From the IMG/VR virus record IMGVR_UViG_3300020193_000009, positions 1-64,000 of that record: 64,000 nt of DNA. One strand, given 5' to 3'. Origin of the DNA: a virus. The stretch's first letter is position 1. Each line of letters begins with the position of its first letter. Below are positions 23,964 through 35,201 of this stretch, piece by piece. Below the pieces are notes generated by a model. It was not told the DNA's origin. It made no database searches and was given only the letters and a program-made list of their open reading frames with translations. A program made the translations under genes and the position numbers.

Positions 23964-24317
23964 TTAGTACGACACCATCAATCTACTAAATTTCCATTCC
24001 CATTCATTTGGTTGAAAATGATCGTGAATATTTTGAAATTCTTGCAATAACTCCATATCAATTTTCCAATTTGGAACTGATTTTTCAACAGCACTATACA
24101 CTCTACGGTCAGTTATTGTTTTATCTTCAAAAGATGTTTGATACCATTCATCATCTATAAGCCAACCAATAGCGCACTTTAAATCGTAATCTTTACCACC
24201 ACGATACTTACAGTTCCCATTATAGACTGATCGACTTTGTTTTCCTTGACTAATTAAGCGATCACGAACATATTCAATAACCTGATGATTTGTTTTTAAT
24301 TTACTCAGTGATTTCAT
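23964..24317 (-). CDS. CxYR...CAIG...QxIHD family protein (tandem paralogue)
   Basis: CKYR..KCAIGWLI..FQNIHD. Confidence 0.8.
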   Translation of the reverse strand: MKSLSKLKTNHQVIEYVRDRLISQGKQSRSVYNGNCKYRGGKDYDLKCAIGWLIDDEWYQTSFEDKTITDRRVYSAVEKSVPNWKIDMELLQEFQNIHDHFQPNEWEWKFSRLMVSY

Positions 24318-24777
24318 ATCTTCCACTCCATTTATCGTATTGATAAATATGATAATTAACAATTGCTTTTACGAATTTGGCATCTGGGGAAACAGATTTG
24401 TTATTTCGAATAAAGTTATTAACCCATTCAGAAAGTGTTCTAGTGCTGTGATTTGTTCCAAGACCAATATGACTTTTTACATCATTCATTGTCATAAACA
24501 AATCAAATGGCTTCCATTCGTCATTTTCATCTTTCTTCCACTCTTCCATAAATGATCGACCAGTAATTTCTTCAATTGCTTTAGAACGACCATAATATTC
24601 AGCAGCGTTGCTTTCTTTAATTTCACCAATGGCAACAGCACCACCCCAGAATATAAATGTTTTAGTTACCGGTACTAAATCAAATACTTTGACTCCGCCT
24701 TCTAATCTTTCAATATAGGCAGAATCAATGTTGTCTTTATACATTGCAATTTCACCAATATTCCATGATAATGGCAT
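24301..24777 (-). CDS. Hypothetical phage protein
   Basis: MPLSWN..HIGL.TN; AGGAG RBS. Confidence 0.75.
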   Translation of the reverse strand: MPLSWNIGEIAMYKDNIDSAYIERLEGGVKVFDLVPVTKTFIFWGGAVAIGEIKESNAAEYYGRSKAIEEITGRSFMEEWKKDENDEWKPFDLFMTMNDVKSHIGLGTNHSTRTLSEWVNNFIRNNKSVSPDAKFVKAIVNYHIYQYDKWSGRYEITE

Positions 24778-27700
24778 TATTCATCTCCTTGTGGTGTATT
24801 ATTTTTATCGTATTCTTTTCTTGCTGCACTAATTTCTTCTTGAACAGGCATACCTAGTTCTTCAAGAATAAAAATGATTTGGTCTAGGATTTCACCATCA
24901 TTCATTTCTTCACCAGGTGTTGCTATTATTTTCATTATATGTAATAATGCAGATGATTCACTCATTGTCATTTTATTCATCCTCCATTGTTAAACCTTTA
25001 ATTGCTATTGCTACCATAATGCCGGCTATTGATAGAATCAATAACATTAAAACTGCTTCAAACATTTTGTCTCCCATCTTCTATAAATCCGATTTCACCA
25101 TATTTATCTTCAAAATTTGCTTTGGCTGATTCATAAACCCATTCAAATTGTGGATGGTCTTCTATTGGACCATCAAATAAATGTAAATGTGCGTACTCTG
25201 TCATTCTATCAAATGTTTTTTCAATAAATCTTTCCATATATTCTTCAGACAAATCTTCAAAAGTATGGCAAGTTTTAAATGAAAACCCACACAACAATCG
25301 TATTTTATTTTGAACAACTTGATCTTTTCCATTGTCAAAATCATTGCTTGAATGCCAAGAATTATATTTAGCTTTACAAGCAGCAAGAAGTCTTTCTTTA
25401 TCAACAAGAGATAAATTTACAGTATCTTTTAAAATACCTTCTTGTATCAAAAAATTTGCTCGCCATACACTGTTGTCATCTGAGTATTCAAATGTATGAT
25501 CAAAAAGAACAATTCTTTCTTTGAGCTTTTCTAATGTAGATTCCATTATTAATATCCCCTCGCTAGTTGGTTAAATGCTATTTCATCTGTTTTATCATTT
25601 TGAATTTCAAGACGCTTCTTTATCATAAAGAAGTAATCTTCTACCTTCATTAATTTATTCAATGATACTTCATCCCATTGTTCCGGGAAATTGTTATCAA
25701 TATCATACACAAGTTTGTGGTCTGGAATGTCTGAATTATAAACTATCTTGATACCTATATACCTACCAAAATCGTGGTCATTATATGTTTTTTTGAAGTC
25801 TAAACCAAGTGGGTATGCTTGTGGAAATGTTCGCTTCAATTGATCAATCAATACATTGGCTTCTAAAGTTGCCAGATTCCAATAATTTTCATGACCAATT
25901 TGTACACAAGGTTCATTAGAAGGAACTGTGTCAAATTCTAAATAATCGGTTGGCATTATTTTTCTCCTGTTGTTGTTTATTGATATTATAAATACAATAG
26001 AAATAGGCGGGAAATATTTATATCCGTGTATTCATCTGTAAGTACAAACCCAACTAAGCCTTACAGATATAGTTATCATAATGATAACAAATACTTTGAT
26101 ATGATCATTACAATCATACATATTTCCCTTCACCCGTGAAAGGAGAGGGCTAGCCTATTTCTATTCTATTTATAGTTCTTCCCAGATTCTACGATATTGA
26201 AAAACTTCATCATCATTACCAACTAAATATAATGAGATTACGTGTTTTCCAAGTTTTCTATCATCTGAACCAATGTATGGATAAATCATTTGAATTGCAA
26301 ATTTCCATTTACGAATAAATTTAATGTTGTCTCGATTATTGCTATTCCATTTATACTGAGTAATGTTGTAATCAGTATTTAAATACTCTTTGATAGTTCC
26401 GAGAAATACATATTCAAAGTGTTTATCTGGCACTGGTCTTGGCGTAAATCCATCATTTTTAATTGCATTATCAAATAACCATTGCTTTTCCAAAACCATA
26501 AGATATTGCCCATCAGTGGTTGTCTTGAATCTATTGTAGTATTTTTTCATTACGGGTTCTCCTTTAAGGTTTTGATTATGTTAATAATTTGATCTTCTAA
26601 TAGAGATACTCTATCTGACAAATTAGATGTGCAGCTTTTAAGATTTTCCAATATCTCCGTTACAACTTTTGTATTTGATGATTCTTGAGCAATTGCTTGC
26701 TGCATTAATTCAGCAAACTTTATAATTTCGTTACTGTCAATTTCACTCATATTGGTCTCCTTTGTTTTGCATTTCTAAATCCCACAATTTAAAATCCGCA
26801 TTCATTTCTAAATCCAATTTCCAATCGTATGGATCAATTATTTCGTGCATACCAAGAACTTCTTTTGTAATGCAATATTGCCAATTTTTTCGATAATTAT
26901 TCATTGTTGTACCTTTCCATTTGATTTTGACTGTTTCTTCATTTTTAACATCTGCTAATTTTCTGATTATCTTTTGATTTTCAAACACCCATTTATAAAA
27001 TTCATTACTCATCAAATTTACCTTCTTTCTTTGCTTCCCAAAGTTTAGCTATAATCATTGCTTTATCAGCATCTGTCATTCCACGAATTTTTTCAGCAAT
27101 GTTATAGCATTCATTTCCTTCTCGATGTTTTCCAATGGCATAGTAATGGTTTCCCAATTCTTCCCACTCTTTCCATTCTTGTTGCTTATCCATAAAGTTT
27201 CCCTTCTTTTAACTCCATAATTCGAACAAATTTATCAATACTAAATACGCAATCAAGAGCACTTTCACCACAATAAATTGCACCATTGATAACAAAATTG
27301 TTGCTTCTCTCACCATTAGATAGCACTAAATCTATATAATTAATTATTTTGTATTTGTTGGTAAATCTAACAAAGACATCTCTATCTCCATCATAATGTA
27401 AAATTACCATACGAATCATATAGTATGATTCAAAGTTTTCGTGATTTTTATCTTTTTGCTTTTTCCAAGCAAGTATTTCGGTTTCTCGATGGAACAATGT
27501 TTGTTTATCGTAAATTTTAGTCATTAGCATTCCTCTCTTAGATGTTCTTCAATAGTTTTATCAATATCTTTATCTGTAAAACACCATTCACAACATCTTG
27601 AACCATCAGAATTTATTGTGTAATGTCCACCTTTTTGTGTAAGATTTGGATCAACTATTTTCATTACTTTAACTGCACAACTGTGACAGAGTGAAATTTT

Positions 27701-28062
27701 AAGTCTATCTTTTTCACCAATTGTATCAAAGAATTCACCATATCCACCAAAAATGTCAAATGATAATCCATTGTCTATTTGCCACAATTTATCATCTTGA
27801 AATGGAAATTGTTCAAATACGGGAATTATTTCTTCTGAACAAGATGTACAAACATATTTACTCATTTTCAGTAATGCTCCTCGTTTATTAGATATTTACA
27901 AATCTTGAATATTTTATTTAAGTTTTTATGATCTGGGTTATTTATACTTGCATTACGCAATAACCAATGTGGGTCTCTTTGTCTTTGAAAAGGAATATCC
28001 ATTACCTTTGTCAAATTTTCAAGTTCATTGAGAAGTTGATTTTTGGTTTTGTTATCTATCAC
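24777..28062 (-). other. Train of ~11 small hypothetical early genes (24777-24980, 25058-25546, 25549-25956, 26170-26550, 26550-26750, 26743-27015, 27005-27193, 27186-27530, 27524-27865, 27868-28062)
   Basis: Co-directional ORFs with abutting or overlapping starts and stops and RBSs; no recognisable function. Confidence 0.7.
25996..26165 (-). ncRNA. Candidate structured intergenic RNA
   Basis: Nested stems: 25996-26008/26153-26165, 26009-26017/26120-26128, 26034-26042/26060-26068, 26072-26088. Confidence 0.5.
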
Positions 28063-28637
28063 TCTAATCCTTTTGCTTTTCGAACTTCGGCAATTTGTTT
28101 TCTAAACTCTTCTAACTCTTTTTGCTTTTGTTCAGGATTGTTATTGGTTTTATTACCATAACGAATCCACATTAGTTTTTCCAAAGTTTGTTTCTTGCTT
28201 TCTTGTCTTTCAATTTCATCTTTCTCCAACTTATCAAGTTCAATTTTGATTTCCTTGATGTTTTCATCATTAGATTGCTCAACACAATCATCAATAGTTA
28301 CATCAACACCTGATTGAAGTAGACTAATAATAAGTTTGAGTTGATTGATTTGATTTAGTCGAAGGAATAAATCTTCATCACCTAAGTCAATAACAATGCC
28401 TTTACGAGCATTTGTAATAACTCTTACACGAAGTAATGACATAATAAATTGAATTTCTTCTGCTGTATCGTATGTCACACACTTTACATACTGCTTTACT
28501 GCCGGCTTTTTCTTTCGCCTGCGAATACGACCAGACTTTATCAAATCAGATAGATTGACTTTGTTAGAGTTTGGATTTGGAATAGCCTTATGCTTTACAA
28601 TACGGGCTTCCACATCTGTGAGTTTGATTTTAGTCAT
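28059..28637 (-). CDS. Basic hypothetical protein
   Basis: 192 aa; TAATG coupling. Confidence 0.7.
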   Translation of the reverse strand: MTKIKLTDVEARIVKHKAIPNPNSNKVNLSDLIKSGRIRRRKKKPAVKQYVKCVTYDTAEEIQFIMSLLRVRVITNARKGIVIDLGDEDLFLRLNQINQLKLIISLLQSGVDVTIDDCVEQSNDENIKEIKIELDKLEKDEIERQESKKQTLEKLMWIRYGNKTNNNPEQKQKELEEFRKQIAEVRKAKGLE

Positions 28638-29062
28638 TACTTTTTACCTTTCTTTCCATAAGTGTAATAATCAAATTGTGACGGGTGAATAAATGATGAA
28701 CTTGTAATAACATTTCCTTTTCTACTACGCTTTGGCTTTACCCAATTTTCTGCGTAATCAGAACCTTGTGGATAAACAATTTCTACGCCATTTGCTTTCA
28801 ATTCAATAAGTCTGAGCAAATACATTAGTTGTTCACACTCAAACTCAAAGCCTTTGTCTGTGACTGCGTATGTGCGTATGTCGCGTTGTTTTTCACAAGA
28901 TTTGAAATAGGTAATAGTGCCATACTCAATTGTTCCAAACGCTAACTCTAAGCCAAAGAGTTTGCGATAAACTTTGAGGAAATAATAATCTATGTTGGCA
29001 TTACGCAGTGCGTATGCCAATGCGTCTGTGTAAGACTGTTTGTAATCCGATAGATTTGTCAT
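28637..29062 (-). CDS. First gene of the leftward early unit, hypothetical
   Basis: AAAGGGA RBS; downstream of a putative promoter. Confidence 0.7.
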   Translation of the reverse strand: MTNLSDYKQSYTDALAYALRNANIDYYFLKVYRKLFGLELAFGTIEYGTITYFKSCEKQRDIRTYAVTDKGFEFECEQLMYLLRLIELKANGVEIVYPQGSDYAENWVKPKRSRKGNVITSSSFIHPSQFDYYTYGKKGKK

Positions 29063-29138
29063 AGTAAATCCCTTTCATTGATTGTTTATTTTTTTATTTG
29101 AATAGTTATTTTTGGGCGTAATCGTGGTCGTGGGGGCA

Positions 29139-29167
29139 AGGGTACAGCATAGAATAAAAAACAGCAA
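29139..29167 (-). promoter_or_regulatory. Putative sigma-A promoter for the early gene train
   Basis: TTGCTG-17 bp-TACCCT on the - strand. Confidence 0.5.
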
Positions 29168-29464
29168 CCTCACAGCAAATAAATATTTTGAAAAGATTAT
29201 TTCGCATAGGCAATCGCACAGGGCTAAACAGCCATCATAAAGGCTTTATTAAAGAATGATCGGACAGCTATGTAAATAACTATTTTGCGGGGCTCGTTAT
29301 GAAGTAAATAATAAACGAAATTTAGTACACGCTTACCAAGCATTACTAAATAATATGATATATGAACTACCCGTGTTTTTTTCTATTTACAGGAAAATTT
29401 GAGTATATATTTTTCAGAGTCTAAGGGTCTGAGAAAAAAATCCATTTTCGTAACTGATTTCAGA

Positions 29465-30283
29465 TTATTCCAATACCGTTGCGTGCTTCTCTATGAATGA
29501 CATCAGAGTTCCTTTATATTTCATACGACCTATATGTGTTAATTCAATACTCGGCTCTACCCAAATCTTTCCACCAATGTTTTGCCAATACCTACAGAAA
29601 CCATAATCTTCAGAAAGAAATCTATTAAGATGCGGATCGATATACGAATTGAAGAATGCATAAGTCCATTTCTTTTCTGCATCATTCAAAGCACCGGTGT
29701 CATCATTATATTTTAACTCTGGATACTTCTTAATTAATTTATGAATAACTTCCCTTTTAATCAACATAAACCCCGTGCCGGCATCAAAGATTTCTATTGC
29801 ACCATTACTTACATTAAGAGTTCTATTATCTGCACTTTTAACAGGGTTGATTACAAATCTTACGCTATTTTCTAATAGCAGATCTTTCGACATACTAGCT
29901 TTTACATTTTCCTCAACTCTATTCCACTCAATTTGTTTTATTGGATAGGCTGCAGTAACAACCTCTTTATTATGCCAAAGAAGTTTTATAATTGCCTCCG
30001 GCTCCCACGCAATATCTGCATCAATAAACATTAAATGCGTTGCTTGTTCATACGCCATAAACTTAGCGATTACATTATTACGCGCTCGATTAATTAAACT
30101 GTCAGTAATTGTGCAGAGACCAAATTTAATTCCGTGATCTCTAAAATACATCATAGTTTTGATTAATGATAAAACTGTTGGTTCAGATATTAATTGATCA
30201 TAACAAGGTATTGCGAATAGAACATTCCATTTGGAAGCTACATCTTGACTAATCTCGATTTTTTGTGTCTCAAATAATGGCAT
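29465..30283 (-). CDS. GT-A fold glycosyltransferase-like protein
   Basis: LMFIDADI (DxD), GTGFMLIKR, LSEDYGFC. Confidence 0.85.
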   Translation of the reverse strand: MPLFETQKIEISQDVASKWNVLFAIPCYDQLISEPTVLSLIKTMMYFRDHGIKFGLCTITDSLINRARNNVIAKFMAYEQATHLMFIDADIAWEPEAIIKLLWHNKEVVTAAYPIKQIEWNRVEENVKASMSKDLLLENSVRFVINPVKSADNRTLNVSNGAIEIFDAGTGFMLIKREVIHKLIKKYPELKYNDDTGALNDAEKKWTYAFFNSYIDPHLNRFLSEDYGFCRYWQNIGGKIWVEPSIELTHIGRMKYKGTLMSFIEKHATVLE

Positions 30284-30297
30284 ACAAAAATTATACT

Positions 30298-30323
30298 AAA
30301 AAAAAGTGGGGCTTGCGCCCCAC
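30298..30323 (-). terminator. Intrinsic terminator (GCAA loop)
   Basis: gtggggc-gcaa-gccccac-tttttttt on the - strand. Confidence 0.85.
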
Positions 30324-30359
30324 CCGAAAAAATATTGCTATTTGTTTCTAAATTGTTAA

Positions 30360-30701
30360 TTACGCCTTAACAGTTGTCTTGACGTTTTTAACATCTTTTG
30401 CTTTTACTGAAGTATTTTTGGTAATCGTAACTTCAGCATCATTCTTCCCCGGCACTCTGAAATAGAGCGTTTCATTGACTTTATCAAAGTGAATCTGAAC
30501 TTGCAGATTCAACTTTTTAGCCTGCGCTCTAATTCTCTGTTGCATTGAATTGTATTTCTTACCAGCAACAATTCCCGTAATTGAGAATGCGTTACCAGTT
30601 TCAGATGACAACACCAATGTGTCGATAATTTGCTGTAACTCAGCAGATGTACGACCACTGCGTGAAATAACAGGGAAATTGCTTGCTTGATTAATTTGCA
30701 T
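30360..30701 (-). CDS. Small basic putative DNA-binding protein; possible remote homologue of cassette 10-12 proteins
   Basis: AGGAG RBS; SRSGR..NAF..QRIRAQAKK..VQIHF. Confidence 0.75.
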   Translation of the reverse strand: MQINQASNFPVISRSGRTSAELQQIIDTLVLSSETGNAFSITGIVAGKKYNSMQQRIRAQAKKLNLQVQIHFDKVNETLYFRVPGKNDAEVTITKNTSVKAKDVKNVKTTVKA

Positions 30702-30788
30702 TTTATGCTCCTATTTACTAGTTGTTTTTGTCGCCTTGTGACGACAACACAGATAGTAGCAGGTCAATTAAAAACTACACAGTGTTCG

Positions 30789-30965
30789 CTAAACTATTTT
30801 CGAAGAGTTTTTTTCTTGTTCCTGCTTGATCATCTTTACCAAACCATTTATCTGTGCAGTAAGCACCGCGTTTTGAGCTACTAAATCAGCAATTTTATCT
30901 GTAAGAATTGCTATAATATCTGCCGCTTCTACCTGTATGTTTTTGTTTATATCGATTCTATCCAC
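30789..30965 (-). CDS. 58-aa coiled-coil protein
   Basis: Manual translation ..IIAILTDKIADLVAQNAVLTAQI.. Confidence 0.6.
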   Translation of the reverse strand: MDRIDINKNIQVEAADIIAILTDKIADLVAQNAVLTAQINGLVKMIKQEQEKNSSKIV

Positions 30966-32686
30966 TTTCCCACCTCCTGTCCTGGTACATTTAATTCCTT
31001 ATATCCGGGCGTGAATTCTCTCAAATTATGATTATACACGCTTGCTGTGCCAAATTCTTCGAGATCTTCATCAATCTCTGACTGCATAGAAAAATCTAAG
31101 ATTTCTACTTCTACTTCTTGTTCGACCGCCATATTTTCTACACAATTAAATACCGAACCAGCCAAAGAATCTGCCATATCTTTTGAACCACCAGATGGGT
31201 GATCAATTTTATTATTACTAAATAATCTAAGCTTAAGTAGCTCTTCATTTACCAATATCTCGTTCCAATATCCTCTTAATCTTGTATCGTATATAGATGT
31301 CATTAATGTGTCATAGTCAGTCTTTTTTACGCTATGAAAATCAGCTGCGATTCCTTGCGCTCTCAAACTTTGAATCATTTCAATAGATTGCCATCTATCA
31401 AATGTAACTTTAGCTACATCAAACTTTCTACACAAATCGACTATCATTTGCCTCACAGATGCAAAATTAATTTCTTCGCCTGGTGCGGCTTGCCAAGAAT
31501 ATATTAAATCAACATTTATTACCGGAAGCTTTTCTACGCCCATAGAAGTTTTAATTTCTTTAAACCCAGCACAATGTGTCAAACAAAGAGCTGATCTATC
31601 TCTTTTAAATCCTAAGTCAACATGTATAAATCTTCTGTGACCATCTGAATTATTAAACCATTTATGAAACCTTCCATCTTCATCAATCGGATCATCTGCA
31701 TACATAAATGCTTTTCTAACTAAATCTTCATCTCTAAAATATGCGTCTTCCATTGTAGGTGGTTCACATTCAAATCTCGATGCAGCTTCAATAGGATTTC
31801 TTATGTATTCAGACTCAAGATCAGATCTCTTAATTGTTGGATTAACTTCCCAGGTAGCTGCTTTTATATACCATGTTTTTGGCTCGTTTTTTTCATGAGC
31901 ACCAAAATATCTTTGTTGAATAAAATCACCTTTATATCTAGGGAATGATAATAAAATTACTTTACCTACTTCTGGGAATCGTGACATCACAGATAACTTG
32001 CTCATATTATATATTGCAGAAGCTGACCCTTTAGCTCTTGTATCACCTTTTAATTCGATATCTGTTTTAAAAGCAGAGATCTCGTCTAAGACTATAGTTA
32101 ATACTTCATAACCTTCCCATCCTTCACTTTCTGAGTGACCGGAGAATAGCCTTACTGGTCTGGAAAAGAAAAAGATTTCTGACACTCTAGGTTCAAACCC
32201 AACGCTATTAAAATACGGAGATCCAAGCAATAGGTTTTTTAACGGCTCAAAGAAAACCCTTTGAGCTTGCTGTGCGTTTACAGCTAGGTTTAGTAGGTCA
32301 ACATATACGCCATTTGCTTTACCGTAGTAACTGAGAGGATCGCGTAAACAATGTAGCAAATAAGCCGTATATGCGATTGAAATTCTGCTACAATGGTCTT
32401 TGCCAGACCCCTTACCTAACATACAAATTACTTCATTATCAGTATATTTTTTATAGTATTCGAGACCATTATGTTCACCCATAAGCTTTTGCAAAGTCGG
32501 CAATTTAAATATTTGCGTACTGTGTCGAACTATTTCAAGCTGTATATTAGACAATGGCGGCAAGCCAAGATATTTTTTTTCTTGTACAAATGTTTCAATA
32601 GATACCGGTTGTTCCATCAATTCATCTTGTCTAAGCAATCTATCAAAGTCTGCAAATTCCAAATTAATTCCAAGGTACTCAGACAT
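30947..32686 (-). CDS. terL: Terminase large subunit
   Basis: Walker A GKGSGKD, Walker B IVLDE, RNase H-like IHVDLG and DHPSGGSKDMADS. Confidence 0.92.
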   Translation of the reverse strand: MSEYLGINLEFADFDRLLRQDELMEQPVSIETFVQEKKYLGLPPLSNIQLEIVRHSTQIFKLPTLQKLMGEHNGLEYYKKYTDNEVICMLGKGSGKDHCSRISIAYTAYLLHCLRDPLSYYGKANGVYVDLLNLAVNAQQAQRVFFEPLKNLLLGSPYFNSVGFEPRVSEIFFFSRPVRLFSGHSESEGWEGYEVLTIVLDEISAFKTDIELKGDTRAKGSASAIYNMSKLSVMSRFPEVGKVILLSFPRYKGDFIQQRYFGAHEKNEPKTWYIKAATWEVNPTIKRSDLESEYIRNPIEAASRFECEPPTMEDAYFRDEDLVRKAFMYADDPIDEDGRFHKWFNNSDGHRRFIHVDLGFKRDRSALCLTHCAGFKEIKTSMGVEKLPVINVDLIYSWQAAPGEEINFASVRQMIVDLCRKFDVAKVTFDRWQSIEMIQSLRAQGIAADFHSVKKTDYDTLMTSIYDTRLRGYWNEILVNEELLKLRLFSNNKIDHPSGGSKDMADSLAGSVFNCVENMAVEQEVEVEILDFSMQSEIDEDLEEFGTASVYNHNLREFTPGYKELNVPGQEVGKWIESI

Positions 32687-32723
32687 AATTATTTACCAAC
32701 ATATGACTTAGAGGCTTCAAAAC

Positions 32724-32809
32724 CCGTTCTCAAATTCTGGACATAAAGGCTCAAAAACCCGTTCTCAAATTCTGACATAAAACCCCTTAATTACCGTTCT
32801 CAAATTCTG
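32724..32809. repeat. Three direct repeats CCGTTCTCAAATTCTG at an exact 35-bp period
   Basis: 32724-32739, 32759-32774, 32794-32809. Confidence 0.9.
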
Positions 32810-33395
32810 ATGAATTTGTATCAATGGCTGATTCTTTTGAAAGATCTATTCTTTCACCTGACATAATTTCAAATGCAATTTCTAATTCTTTTCTGACCTC
32901 TTCTGCAATCGCGGGATGTTTTGCAATAACATCTCTTAGTATTTTAGAAAGAATTTGATTAACATTTTCCGCTTTCTGCATTCTTGCAATGTACTCCCCA
33001 TCAGCTTGATTGCCGCCCATAAGTTTATGCAATTGAGCTTTTTTAGATGCAATCTCCCCGGCAAGCTTGATTGCCTGAATTCTTGCGGCAACCATACCAT
33101 TGTCTGTTGCAATTGCAATTGTTTCCCAAGCCTCTTTGCTTAGTTGATCAAACTCCTGCAATGCTTTAATTGTATTAAATTGAACCCTTTCAAGAAAATA
33201 AGGATCTTCATCAACAGTTTTATTTAAGATAATTTTATATTCTTCTACATATTCTTTTACTTCATTTGGTTTTAGCGACATCAATGCGCCAATCTCTCTA
33301 TTACTATAGCCCTTTACATGAAGTAAACCAACTTGTTCTACATCTTTAATTTTATCAATTAAAGATTTATTTTTAATTGGTTCGATATCTGACAT
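32787..33395 (-). CDS. Putative terminase small subunit (N-terminal HTH)
   Basis: GYSNREIGALMSL HTH; directly upstream of terL. Confidence 0.6.
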   Translation of the reverse strand: MSDIEPIKNKSLIDKIKDVEQVGLLHVKGYSNREIGALMSLKPNEVKEYVEEYKIILNKTVDEDPYFLERVQFNTIKALQEFDQLSKEAWETIAIATDNGMVAARIQAIKLAGEIASKKAQLHKLMGGNQADGEYIARMQKAENVNQILSKILRDVIAKHPAIAEEVRKELEIAFEIMSGERIDLSKESAIDTNSSEFENGN

Positions 33396-34453
33396 AATCT
33401 CTCTTTATACTCTTGACTCACTTTCTCCCAGGTAAGATTTTTATGGACCCATTTTGCGCCATGAAAAGTTTTATCTGCTACTTCATCGTAGTTATTTACA
33501 ACATATAACATTTTATCACATAAATCATCGAAATCCGGCTCTGCCCAGTCACCGCACCCTTCGTATATTCCGAACATATTCATAGTTCCCCACTTATAAT
33601 TAAGCGGCACAGACAGATGTGCAAACTCAGTACAAGCAGTAGCGTTAGTGCAAATAGTTGGAATACCTTTTGCTATACCTTGCAATGGAAGCAACCCCCA
33701 CCCTTCACCACTTGTAGGGTATAAAACACAGTCCACTTCATCATAAATTTTTGCAAGATCTGAATCAGTGGTTTGCCAATCAATTACTTTAATTCTATCG
33801 TGGTCTTTCAAATACATTCTAGAACCATCATTAAAGTAAATTCTTGCATCTGCATGCCCATTTGATTTATAAATAAGATTAAAGCGGTCATCTTTGCCAA
33901 ACAGCTTTAGAAAAGCGTTTACAGACATCTGGGAGTTCTTTCTGGTCGACGGAGAGCCTATACTTAAGAAAGTAAATCGCCCCGGTTTCCTCAATATTCT
34001 TGGCTCAGAGGGCATTGAGTAGATTACATCATTAACACCAAGTTTAAAATCATAAACAGGTATCTTAACTCCAGAGTTGATAAAGACATTTTTAGCCCAT
34101 GCAGATGTTGTCCAAAACTCATCAGCGCTATTAATTAGATCAATCCAGTTTGCTGGTATTTTATTTGTTTCCCAATATGTAAAACAAACATTGTAGCCAG
34201 GTTTTTTATTAAAAAATATTGGCAAAGCATTATAGATATATATATCAGCAGAATTTGTAGATTTTTCATATAGAAAATTTATGCCCGCATTATGCAGTTT
34301 GTTAATTTCTTCTACCCGCTCTTTGCTTTGATCAGTAATATTTTCTTCTATTAGGTCAAAATCATTTTTCAAATATGATTTTAGATATGAAGCAGAATCA
34401 CTGTACCCTTCAGACTTGTTCAATATTACTGCTGTAGTCCATTGCACTCTCAT
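33359..34453 (-). CDS. Glycosyltransferase family 4 (GT-B)
   Basis: WETNKIP, RKN, PTSGEGWGL...A.GIP. Confidence 0.88.
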   Translation of the reverse strand: MRVQWTTAVILNKSEGYSDSASYLKSYLKNDFDLIEENITDQSKERVEEINKLHNAGINFLYEKSTNSADIYIYNALPIFFNKKPGYNVCFTYWETNKIPANWIDLINSADEFWTTSAWAKNVFINSGVKIPVYDFKLGVNDVIYSMPSEPRILRKPGRFTFLSIGSPSTRKNSQMSVNAFLKLFGKDDRFNLIYKSNGHADARIYFNDGSRMYLKDHDRIKVIDWQTTDSDLAKIYDEVDCVLYPTSGEGWGLLPLQGIAKGIPTICTNATACTEFAHLSVPLNYKWGTMNMFGIYEGCGDWAEPDFDDLCDKMLYVVNNYDEVADKTFHGAKWVHKNLTWEKVSQEYKERLCQISNQLKINL

Positions 34454-35201
34454 CTATTTTAAACCCAATCTCTCCGCCTGCCGCAGCCGCTTCTTCTTTC
34501 AATCTTGGCAAAGGTAAGCCGTGAATTTTTGTATACTCAACTCTATAATTATACCACCCTTGAACAGCTCGCCACATTCTATCATCAGTAGTTCGTGCAA
34601 GTTCTTCAAGCTCCTCAGTTGATATTAAAAAACTAAGAACGCCCAATGGCATATATACAACCACGTCATAGCTTGAATTTTTTCCCTCTGCATATTTTTT
34701 TAAGAGCAATTGAAATTGCCTAATTGTATCCTCTACAGGCTCGCCGGCAAAAAAATCAATATTACCATATGCATTTCTAATCCGAGGGCAGTAATCATCA
34801 ACTCCTACAATCGTACCATAACTTCTGCAAACCATCGGGCGATGATCATAAATTGTGCATCCATTTTTATAGAATGCGCACCACTTTTCAGTTTCGCCGC
34901 CAAACTCCCAACTAGTGTCATTCATTGCTTCTTTTAACTTTAGTATAACTGCATTAAAAGATTGTTTGGCAAATTCTTCACCTTTATTTTCTAGATCTAA
35001 ATAATATTTCCTATTTATATTGTATGCAATATTTGCACACTCAGCCATATGAATAGTAACACCAATCTTACAGCATTTACCTGAACCGAGGCACTTAAAC
35101 TTACCACTATTTTGACGAGCCTCAAGCACGCGAACATGATTGTAAAGCATATCTATTTCGCCAAAAATTGCAATATCACTAAGCGCTACTTTTCTTTGCA
35201 C
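34410..35201 (-). CDS. YkgJ-like Cys-cluster (Zn/Fe-chelating) protein
   Basis: CLGSGKCC..CAFY..CTIYDHRPMVCR. Confidence 0.8.
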   Translation of the reverse strand: MQRKVALSDIAIFGEIDMLYNHVRVLEARQNSGKFKCLGSGKCCKIGVTIHMAECANIAYNINRKYYLDLENKGEEFAKQSFNAVILKLKEAMNDTSWEFGGETEKWCAFYKNGCTIYDHRPMVCRSYGTIVGVDDYCPRIRNAYGNIDFFAGEPVEDTIRQFQLLLKKYAEGKNSSYDVVVYMPLGVLSFLISTEELEELARTTDDRMWRAVQGWYNYRVEYTKIHGLPLPRLKEEAAAAGGEIGFKIDESAMDYSSNIEQV

